Below, piece by piece: positions 37,701 to 43,615 of a stretch of DNA of 64,000 bases; within the stretch, counting starts at the first letter, position 1; the number at the start of each line of letters is the position of its first letter. The notes below the pieces were generated by a model, which had not been told where the DNA came from, did not search any database, and was given only the letters and a program-made list of their open reading frames with translations. Source of the stretch: a virus. A program made the translations under genes and the position numbers. Where the stretch lies: the IMG/VR virus record IMGVR_UViG_3300043434_000266, positions 1 to 64,000 of that record; one strand, given 5' to 3'.

Positions 37701-38747
37701 GCAAACATGCAATGGTTTACAAACTTCCGTGCTTGGACGCAGATGAATGCTACCTTGCAATTATTTGGAGGTATGATGAACCATCAAAAAGTAAAGCAAA
37801 CTGTAAATGGTGTTACTAGAGAGATTCCTTACATTGAAGCATGGGAAGTTAAGGACGGACAACTAACTGTAAAACAAGGAGTTGACCAAGAATGGAACAT
37901 TGGGGGTAAGAAGTTTACAGAAATGAGAAACAAAGTTCAAGCTGCTAACAAGAACTTGAACGGTGCACTATCCAAGATGGATCAACCAATGGCAAACAGA
38001 TACTTGTTGTATAGAATGATTGCTTATATGAAGACGTGGTTTACTCGTCAGTTCATGTCTCGTTTCCAATTTAGAGGAAACTGGAAAGAACCTCGAGCAC
38101 GTTGGGATATTCAAGCAAACGATTTACCTATAGGTTACTACATCCAAGGACTAGATACTTTAAGAAGAGGTATCATGAGTATGGGTGCTGACTTTAAATA
38201 TATGACACCTAGAGAGATCGCCGCTGCTAAGAAAGTAGCAATGGAAATGGGTATCATTATATTAGGAAGCGTTCTCATCAAACTATTGTTTAATTATGAT
38301 GACGACGATGAGGATCGTTTCAACAAACTAAGACAGAAATCAGGACCACTTCCAGGATTATTTGTAGCGGATACTCCATTTGAGTTTAATGCTACAGGAT
38401 ACTTAGAGAACCAATCATTGTTCTTAGCTAAGTCAACTATGAACGAACTTCAAGCAATGACTCCTGTGTTCGGTTACGATGACTATATTAACATGCTTAA
38501 GTTAGAATCTGTAGCTGTAAGTAGTACTGTAGTAAATATGGGTAAGACTCTACAAACAATAACCCAACTTGTAGCACAAGATCCTGGAGCACGTTACAAA
38601 CGTGACGCAGGTCCATACGAGTGGCAACAAGCAGGAGAGTTAAAGAGTATTAACTATTTGCTAAAAAGTGTAGGTATTTCTGGTAAGATGATTGATCCGG
38701 TAAACGCACTTAGAGGGTTCGAAAGTGCACAAAATCGTTTCAAGTAA
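31728..38747 (+). CDS. Giant virion/ejection protein 3 (nucleotidyltransferase domain, zincin HEFSH, C-terminal helical/TM region)
   Basis: 2339 aa; N-terminus CPGGPEWNKLV; LTGSLAL..HDIDW..QIDFF..K..RDKD; HEFSH..KEEL; TM-like MGIIILGSVLIKLLF followed by DDDDED. Confidence 0.75.
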   Translation: MINACPGGPEWNKLVKAVGEFEAYKDYIENGETIRSVDEVLKSKPFLEKVKRNEADTKAIEENLLSGFLKDFGITVTEYESLKDDLGLNGYTATDLITKTVVHQPGESILPEAAYIAYSILGKQNNKIRSELRYLIRKWDKYEERFNFHKELLKKNKVSIKDSKEWKNNIRDKVIIDFLKDNLYQYYSNPTEFKKNLDTKWTQEDFTLWEKIIRAIENFLSRTFGYKEEEYITQLKDTGSAIASELLTQNYEYFKYNLSEDQIRKYYSSTIESDPKAKDIVTVLQKIGLVLTGSLALRRAGEVYRTAEESVHDIDWIVPYLMNMSGYNAKLTEAMLRGDEPTLFREDVEKLKLDKRSKNALNQIAQMDWFLKVQEAYPNIRFTNGFYGKEHANLESFTAQAAIDGEFYDSDGYHEEEFATYRKDPYTGAPVKEKIKRTIKHQKGDYVKGTGYQIDFFVRLEEHQEEHDGYFLLWKEIMLAKLRMGRDKDFIDWKAFQPYLASKDKFNFFYEGFRHINFESSQDFFLEDMTLSKKIKYEDIDTIVNYIVDTIPGVKTYAEKVGFTPVQTNMRKANSVVEAMVQQLSSRLNIPYQFVTAAEAREILEGAGKPFTNQAGFYVGGTVYLVSSDLNLETAIHEFSHPFIRAIQQENPQLFEKLVSDLSLTEEGQKIINITKQLYGEDDPLYKEELLVRALTRAARMKLTGALKQYKNKSFKSVIDRVLYAIKKAFRKYFGKSVDVSDLDVDTSIEDLSEMLLSADQITFDVEAVSQEELVAEERRVKEEIDQFLNIGNTDSGAIAIKTMISDFTRISRDHIDKLVKNRNLKDIAEILKSGYDESDYKSIIRNLSNYQEDLLEKIEDASERLEYESQRATALVNSIYRIKYMSAKMVLHMKDLLAEDISPDTVRKFYYYSKLVDDWSKIIAKTRRMMTNEDVITGPMATVVSEIESLLKTAKDLDVDMSMRGSVDLLTETIKPLSDKVKTYYEDIIKALKKKGAPDRIIERYEREYKEASLEEKDIREWLSGQRGDTHAISAWLESFMNIQDPVVFGLAKYLNDNISDVLTKAQQRQNSRTMILEPMLKAAGLDLKDYQALNKLVTYKEFEPIYNSEGKYEERERMAYIHHVKGYQKEVGKLNDQIREAEKKSQETGDTTELDALRAQLKQLLHDHFYNDYDSRVFASESLFTQDEIGQKAYTKRSAILNKINNLDAGIHQKTELYDSDFQELRDMLWKEYQHLYSFSYEDGSMKVPGTEDYEITKRLRDHRERTREFYEWVPIKGMFQGSLRSYEQQLRAQNLTDKQFEEKRKQWIDENTKVKIKPKFWEDVQDIIGRLKKLKESLPVNIGAQMKLDEYFKELNDQMSAYRDEDGQPEANSMSEEKLRRIAELDELISEERDNLSKYTGLSEEEELFVADFQNKAQAYIASKFDPLNMSMDQYTELFEEFKNLNPADAADYESLMDKRVSAEDDPMLKEELTYLLAELNAIRSKVPTDQYIDKLNSFVKTSDDGNGINKSTIKERFGVEAFDKSIISNMLEDTGFLQKLFIESPEFKVWFNQNHQQRIFEYTYGPNAGDEKVSYSPSSAWRVTRPNQEEYYETTELYDEAGNVIGSIQGVPVSKYWRRQLKSEYRTQRVTYKEALEMGDLTKATVDEQGRWLPKPDSKYRNEDYYRLQRTNKPAFDLLTQIHKFHQENQDGLNVNSRLGMFMARYRKDNYESLVSGEAKDKVTSMIKNFKSSFRKAADDFEEGYNAENQVTYVNLDMFDTQTSGIPITGRADLDLEETSEDVISSLMRYMLSAERQKKLIEINPNVRAIQSIVNNEEKGGIKDMTKANKQDYLTQGITNFATKKGKSVRAQVINAMIERELEGKQLVGVTENLAWANKLAGNLMKMSSFAFFAFDAASALKNAFNAQFQSMIAAAGGDGLDMASITKGAYWAQFASSQVSFEIYKFGPKSLNVQLVEMFDPEATRFDKDAGRKFAESSTRTLSRDVANMQWFTNFRAWTQMNATLQLFGGMMNHQKVKQTVNGVTREIPYIEAWEVKDGQLTVKQGVDQEWNIGGKKFTEMRNKVQAANKNLNGALSKMDQPMANRYLLYRMIAYMKTWFTRQFMSRFQFRGNWKEPRARWDIQANDLPIGYYIQGLDTLRRGIMSMGADFKYMTPREIAAAKKVAMEMGIIILGSVLIKLLFNYDDDDEDRFNKLRQKSGPLPGLFVADTPFEFNATGYLENQSLFLAKSTMNELQAMTPVFGYDDYINMLKLESVAVSSTVVNMGKTLQTITQLVAQDPGARYKRDAGPYEWQQAGELKSINYLLKSVGISGKMIDPVNALRGFESAQNRFK

Positions 38748-38795
38748 ACTAACTTTTTTGTATATTATATATGTAAACTATTAAAAATAAACACG

Positions 38796-39245
38796 ATGGC
38801 ATTTATCGACATTTTCAACTTCAAAAAATACTTCGCTAAGTCTAGTGATGCACAAGTCGCACGTTACGGACATGTGAATGCTTTATACGATGATCTTGCA
38901 CCAAGAATTAAGAATCATGGTACGTATAGAAGTACAGCATCATCTACACCTTCTGTAATAGTACCTATTACTTCTTACGCAGGTAAAGTAGACTTACCAA
39001 ATTTCGGTGTTCCTGTAGCTATAGAAGTTCTCGGAGCCCCTAAAAGTGAACCAGGTCGTGTAGAATTTGCTTTGTCAGCTGATTTTATAACAGAAAATTC
39101 TATGGCAATTGTTAGTGTGGGAATAGTTACTGACTTATTACTTGCATCAAGTACTTGTGAAAACGGACTAATAACAATTAGTATACTTAATTATAGCACT
39201 ATTGAAGTAGAAGGTATAACTGTTAACTTCTTAATCATTAACTAA
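38796..39245 (+). CDS. Small virion protein, paralog A (conserved 34-aa N-terminus plus beta-rich C-terminal domain)
   Basis: N-terminal 34 aa are 32/34 identical to the next ORF. Confidence 0.7.
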   Translation: MAFIDIFNFKKYFAKSSDAQVARYGHVNALYDDLAPRIKNHGTYRSTASSTPSVIVPITSYAGKVDLPNFGVPVAIEVLGAPKSEPGRVEFALSADFITENSMAIVSVGIVTDLLLASSTCENGLITISILNYSTIEVEGITVNFLIIN

Positions 39246-39246
39246 G

Positions 39247-39666
39247 ATGGCATTCATAGATATCTTCAACTTTAAAAAGTATTTTAGAAAACCTAGTGAT
39301 GCACAGGTTGCTAGATACGGTCATGTTAATGCGTTGTATGATGACCTAGTTAATAGTTTTGCAATCGAAACGGCTGAATATACTAAAACAGGTCCTACAG
39401 TATCAGTAACTACAAAATCTGGTATTATCTCTGTAACAGAGACATTAAATACAACTGATTACATTCAATTTAGGATCGTTAATGAAGACATTACTGCAAA
39501 TACTGTTGTTCTTGTAACTGCCTACAATCCTGATTTAGGTACAAGTATATTACATGCTGCTCCCTGGGTGGGTCCTAGTCCTGATGGTGGTCGTTATGCA
39601 GTCATTACAAACCTTGGTGCAGACACAGTAGAAAATATTAAATTGTTATATTACATAGTATCCTAA
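39247..39666 (+). CDS. Small virion protein, paralog B
   Basis: Shares MAFIDIFNFKKYFxKxSDAQVARYGHVNALYDDL with the previous ORF. Confidence 0.7.
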   Translation: MAFIDIFNFKKYFRKPSDAQVARYGHVNALYDDLVNSFAIETAEYTKTGPTVSVTTKSGIISVTETLNTTDYIQFRIVNEDITANTVVLVTAYNPDLGTSILHAAPWVGPSPDGGRYAVITNLGADTVENIKLLYYIVS

Positions 39667-40211
39667 TGAAAAAGTATACAACAAAAGAACTTAGAGCTGA
39701 GTTTGAAAAGCACGGATATGATTTTCCAACTTTTCATTTAGTAGGTATTAGATCTAACGCTAATGCTAAGAATCAGTTTGATGATCTTATTGGTGTAATA
39801 GAAAGAGATACTATTACTTGGTATACTTGCACAACTAATCCTGGAACACACTGGTTACAGAATTTGCTTAACCCAAAAGGTGCAGCTATGTTAGTACCCG
39901 GACAATGGGATGATTGCTGGAAGATAGGATTGCATCAAGGTAAATACGAAGCACTTACCCAATGTGCACCCGTTACTGTATATAGAGACGGAGATAAAGA
40001 TGATGTAGCTGAAGAATCTAAAGTAACTGAGACAGGTATCTTTGGTATTAATATCCACCGTGCTAATCCTAGTTTAGTATCTAAGCTTATAGATAAATGG
40101 TCTGCCGGATGTCAAGTTCTTAATGACCCCAAACAGTTTGCAGAGTTACTAGGTAAATGTAAAAAATCTGGATTTAAGAAGTTTACATACACCCTATTAA
40201 AAGAATTCTAA
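39666..40211 (+). CDS. Putative endolysin, L,D-transpeptidase(YkuD)-like peptidase
   Basis: GINIHRA..WSAGCQV His/Cys motif; adjacent to holin-like and spanin-like genes. Confidence 0.75.
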   Translation: MKKYTTKELRAEFEKHGYDFPTFHLVGIRSNANAKNQFDDLIGVIERDTITWYTCTTNPGTHWLQNLLNPKGAAMLVPGQWDDCWKIGLHQGKYEALTQCAPVTVYRDGDKDDVAEESKVTETGIFGINIHRANPSLVSKLIDKWSAGCQVLNDPKQFAELLGKCKKSGFKKFTYTLLKEF

Positions 40212-40465
40212 TGAAGAACATTCTTCACAATATCTTCTCAAGTAAAGGAGATATATCTTTCAAGAGAGTAAGTTCAGCGCTTACTCTTTTAGCTTTACTT
40301 TCTTTAGCGTATATAAATACTCTTAGTGAACATAAAACTCCAGACTATGTTTTTGACTGGTTAGTTATGATTGTTATAGCTGGATACGGCGGTACTGTAG
40401 TTGAATCAGTGTTTAATAAAAAAACCAACAAGTCAAATGAGGGAGAATCGGGAACAACTAACTAA
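40211..40465 (+). CDS. Putative holin
   Basis: 84 aa with two TM helices, SFKR motif and charged C-tail; follows the endolysin. Confidence 0.7.
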   Translation: MKNILHNIFSSKGDISFKRVSSALTLLALLSLAYINTLSEHKTPDYVFDWLVMIVIAGYGGTVVESVFNKKTNKSNEGESGTTN

Positions 40466-40793
40466 AGATATTGTAGTCATATTAGTAGTAGGTATAATAG
40501 CTATTCTATTTGTACGTACTATGGTTAAAACTACAGAGAATGAGAAAAAGAATAACACTCTTTTTCAAAAGATTAATACGGATAGTTTAACTATTGATTC
40601 TCTTAAGATGAAAATCACTCATGACTCTCTCGCTCATATAGATAGTCTTAGAGTAGCTCATATAAACTATTTAAACAATCAAGATAATAAAAACAAAGAT
40701 GAGCGTGATGAAGCAAATGCTCTTATTCAGTATGCTACTGATAAGCAGCTTGACAGTCTCTGGGCAGTTTACTCCCCAAAGATTAGTCATTAA
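40437..40793 (+). CDS. Putative inner-membrane spanin-like protein
   Basis: N-terminal TM (IVVILVVGIIAILFV) followed by a coiled coil; ATG at 40437 preferred as start. Confidence 0.55.
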   Translation: MRENREQLTKDIVVILVVGIIAILFVRTMVKTTENEKKNNTLFQKINTDSLTIDSLKMKITHDSLAHIDSLRVAHINYLNNQDNKNKDERDEANALIQYATDKQLDSLWAVYSPKISH

Positions 40794-41148
40794 TGGTCAA
40801 AAAGGAATATTTCTTTCTGAAGCAGAAGAGCGTGCTGTGCTTTCTGCATTAGTAAAATTGCGTTATTATTCTAATAGTGCTGCTATAAAGGACAGTATAA
40901 TCTTTGATATGTCAAAATCCATAGGTGATAAAAACTTTGAGATTAACTTATTAACAACTAAATATAACGAAAGTATATCTGATGCTAAAAAGTACGCTAA
41001 AGATTATAATTTACTCATAGAAGAGTATAATGAGCTTGGTGCACACAATATGGAACTCAATGCTAAGTTAAATAGTTCTTTAAAATGGAACATTGGACTC
41101 GGTGCTTCCGTATTACTACTAGGAACTTTATTAATCTTGACAAACTAA
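40708..41148 (+). CDS. Putative spanin partner (signal peptide, coiled coil, C-terminal TM)
   Basis: Overlaps the 3' end of the previous gene; MKQMLLFSMLLISSLTVSG signal; C-terminal IGLGASVLLLGTLLIL; no Cys. Confidence 0.55.
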   Translation: MKQMLLFSMLLISSLTVSGQFTPQRLVINGQKGIFLSEAEERAVLSALVKLRYYSNSAAIKDSIIFDMSKSIGDKNFEINLLTTKYNESISDAKKYAKDYNLLIEEYNELGAHNMELNAKLNSSLKWNIGLGASVLLLGTLLILTN

Positions 41149-41303
41149 TGGACAGTAACTTTTATTTTTTAAGAGCACAGATCAGAGTTATGAATCCTGA
41201 ATGGACTAATGCTCAGATTGATGACGAGGTCAGAAGAATCATGACAGAAAAGAAAGACTGGTATGATAATGACGGTGATGATTGTTTATATTGCGGATCT
41301 TAA
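41148..41303 (+). CDS. 51-aa protein ending in acidic CxxC tail (DGDDCLYCGS)
   Basis: ATG overlaps the TAA of the upstream gene (TAATG coupling). Confidence 0.6.
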   Translation: MDSNFYFLRAQIRVMNPEWTNAQIDDEVRRIMTEKKDWYDNDGDDCLYCGS

Positions 41304-41315
41304 CTATATTAGTAT

Positions 41316-41426
41316 ATGAAGAAACCTTCTTTCAAACCTGAGAACAACAAACTTGATAGCATAATCAAGGAAGCACGTACTCGGAAACCAAAACAACCTA
41401 AAAATCCTAACAATGGCAAAAGTTAA
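41316..41426 (+). CDS. Small basic protein (36 aa), not in ORF track
   Basis: MKKPSFKPENNKLDSIIKEARTRKPKQPKNPNNGKS; fills the intergenic gap. Confidence 0.45.
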   Translation: MKKPSFKPENNKLDSIIKEARTRKPKQPKNPNNGKS

Positions 41427-41553
41427 TACTGCAAAGAATAACTACGCACCCAGTGACACTCGTAAGAAGCGCCCTGGGATTGTAGCTAAAAAAAAATCAA
41501 GTAAACTAAAATCAAGTAAAAACTACTTGAAACGGTATAGAGGTCAAGGTTAG
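41413..41553 (+). CDS. Small highly basic protein (46 aa), not in ORF track
   Basis: MAKVNTAKNNYAPSDTRKKRPGIVAKKKSSKLKSSKNYLKRYRGQG; resembles a KKRPG..KSSKNY.K.YRGQG peptide type I recall from Bacteroidota phages. Confidence 0.65.
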   Translation: MAKVNTAKNNYAPSDTRKKRPGIVAKKKSSKLKSSKNYLKRYRGQG

Positions 41554-41933
41554 ACCCCTAGTATCTTTTTGATATCTGGTTTAGAGTAGTTATTTCCCTT
41601 CAAAATTTTTCCATCTTCTCTGAGAATGGGTAATCCGTCTTCTCCTAACTTGCTCATGTTCGATCTCTGTATCTCTTCGAATACTTCCACGATCTTGTCT
41701 TGCATACCATGTTTAAGAATGGTGCCCACCAGTATATATAACTGATCACCAAGAGCATCAGCAATACCCACCAAATCGTTCTCCCGACATGCGAGAAGAT
41801 ATTCAAATAGTTCTTCAGCTTGGAGATCATGTCTTAGTTGATATTCTTTTTCTTTTATTAAACTTGGTTCAGATGCATAGTGTTGTCCGAATACATCATG
41901 AAAGTGCTTTACAGCGTTTATAATTTCTTGCAT
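41550..41933 (-). CDS. MazG-like / PRA-PH family nucleoside triphosphate pyrophosphohydrolase
   Basis: EELFEY..DALGDQLYI..EEIQRSNMSK..REDGKILKG motifs. Confidence 0.85.
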   Translation of the reverse strand: MQEIINAVKHFHDVFGQHYASEPSLIKEKEYQLRHDLQAEELFEYLLACRENDLVGIADALGDQLYILVGTILKHGMQDKIVEVFEEIQRSNMSKLGEDGLPILREDGKILKGNNYSKPDIKKILGV

Positions 41934-41934
41934 A

Positions 41935-42444
41935 CTAGTAACTGGAATAATACCACTCATCATAGTTAGGTGGTAGTTGTTGATTTTTAAATTTATTTAT
42001 AGGTAGTGTTTGGAAGTTAGGATACCCCATTTGATTAACTCCTCTTTCTTGAGGCGTGGTTTTATTGAGTTCTTCTAACTTCTTCTCAGCTTTCTGTGAC
42101 GTATACTTAACAGCATCGCAGAATCTCTGTTGGATACCATTAGACTCTAACATCATTGCTTCCATAAGAATCAAATAGTTAATAGCATCACCAAACTTTT
42201 CACGGATGGTATATTCAGAGTATGCATCTTTACTAGATATCATGTCCTTTATAGATATCATATGTTTCATCATGTACTCCCAAGCTACCATTTCACGTTT
42301 GTCATGAAAGGACATCTTAGTACCTTCTTCAAAGTTGTGGAATACGTCTTTGTCGGTAGCATACTCAGCACCTTTCTTTTGCAATAAAGATTGGATAAGC
42401 TTAATACGCTCATCTACTAGTTTGTTAAATTCAGTCTTTTTCAT
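41935..42444 (-). CDS. DUF1599/Nmad1-like all-alpha nucleotide-modification-associated protein
   Basis: KKGAEYA..FHNF..KH..EKFGDAINYLIL pattern. Confidence 0.6.
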   Translation of the reverse strand: MKKTEFNKLVDERIKLIQSLLQKKGAEYATDKDVFHNFEEGTKMSFHDKREMVAWEYMMKHMISIKDMISSKDAYSEYTIREKFGDAINYLILMEAMMLESNGIQQRFCDAVKYTSQKAEKKLEELNKTTPQERGVNQMGYPNFQTLPINKFKNQQLPPNYDEWYYSSY

Positions 42445-42447
42445 TTT

Positions 42448-42496
42448 AAATAAATAAGACCCCAAGGGGGCATGCAAGGGTCATACCCCCAGGGTC
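42448..42496 (-). terminator. GC-rich stem-loop with U-rich tail downstream of the DUF932 gene
   Basis: Minus strand GACCC-T-GGGGGTATG-ACCCTTG-CATGCCCCC-TTG-GGGTC followed by TTATTTATTT. Confidence 0.6.
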
Positions 42497-42501
42497 AATT
42501 A

Positions 42502-43614
42502 TTATAGTTCTGGTAAATCAAATGATTCTCCGTCAAAGTTAAAGAATTCATCCTCAGCAGACAAAGTATTTTCTACTTTTTCTTGATCTTCATAGAAAGA
42601 ATTTGGTACTGGTGTAGTATCAAAATCAGGTTCTTCTTCTTCAAAGTCAAACAATGTAGGTTCTTCCTGCTTGTCAATATCAAAATCAGAACCTGGTGTT
42701 TCTACATTATCAAAATCAGGGATCAAAAGATCATTGGTCATATCTACCTGTAGTTCTTCCTCTTCTGCGATAACATCAAAGATATTAATCTGAGCAGGGT
42801 CAACAAGTGGTGTACTTAAATCCGTAACTGGTGTACTTAAATCTTGAGGTGGTGTACTTAAACCGGCAGCTAGTGCACTTATTACAGAAGGTGGTATACT
42901 TATTATACATCTGTCCAGATACGCTGCGTAGACAGTATCAAAACAACCAATGTGAGATCTAGTATAAAACTTAGGATGAGAATGCTTAATACTAGAAGCT
43001 AATGTAAAGTAAGCTTCCCAGTATGTAATCTCATCTTTCTTTAAGCTCTCATAATAGTGTTTAGTTGCTGTAAGCTGATCCGCTTTCAAATAGTCATTGA
43101 TAAATGCTCTACCGATGATATCACCCATCTCGTCTCTAGATATAGTAAGTAATTCTAGATTAGACTTGCGGGTCATTAACTCATTATAGAAATCAGATAC
43201 TCGTGCTACTTGATTCTTTACAGCATCAACCATCTCTATATCTGCAGTACCAGTATGTTTACGCATAAAGTACGCCATGTCCGAAGTCATCATGACTCCG
43301 TCATTGTCTTTGAAGTGTAAACCTATACTACAATGGAAACGGGTACTCTTATCATAAGAGTTAACCCAGGTAAATACAATACCTACATTCTCATCTGTAC
43401 CATAGGAGATATAGTGGTTACCTACGGATACATTCCCATTAGATGAAAACAATTCTCTATCTACAATTAAACCAGCTGTTGCTAGTTCTTGACGCACAGT
43501 GCTTAACACACTAGCGTTAGTAATTACTTTGTAACGTCCTCCATGTGAAGGAATGAGGGAAGGGTCACAGAGATAACTCTCTGTGGACCCACCCATTGAT
43601 AATTTAAAGGGCAT
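42502..43614 (-). CDS. DUF932-like protein with long acidic C-terminal tail
   Basis: YKVITN..WVNSYDKS..F..G..RKHTG motifs; D/E/F-rich tail. Confidence 0.7.
   Translation of the reverse strand: MPFKLSMGGSTESYLCDPSLIPSHGGRYKVITNASVLSTVRQELATAGLIVDRELFSSNGNVSVGNHYISYGTDENVGIVFTWVNSYDKSTRFHCSIGLHFKDNDGVMMTSDMAYFMRKHTGTADIEMVDAVKNQVARVSDFYNELMTRKSNLELLTISRDEMGDIIGRAFINDYLKADQLTATKHYYESLKKDEITYWEAYFTLASSIKHSHPKFYTRSHIGCFDTVYAAYLDRCIISIPPSVISALAAGLSTPPQDLSTPVTDLSTPLVDPAQINIFDVIAEEEELQVDMTNDLLIPDFDNVETPGSDFDIDKQEEPTLFDFEEEEPDFDTTPVPNSFYEDQEKVENTLSAEDEFFNFDGESFDLPEL
42808..42862. repeat. Three copies of TGGTGTACTTAAA at 21-nt period (encodes LSTP x3)
   Basis: Copies start at 42808, 42829 and 42850. 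Confidence 0.9.
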
Positions 43615-43615
43615 T

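Noticed and set aside
42808-42862. Possible CRISPR-like or iteron array
   Set aside because: Only three 13-nt units with 8-nt spacers, in frame inside a CDS; it is a coding peptide repeat
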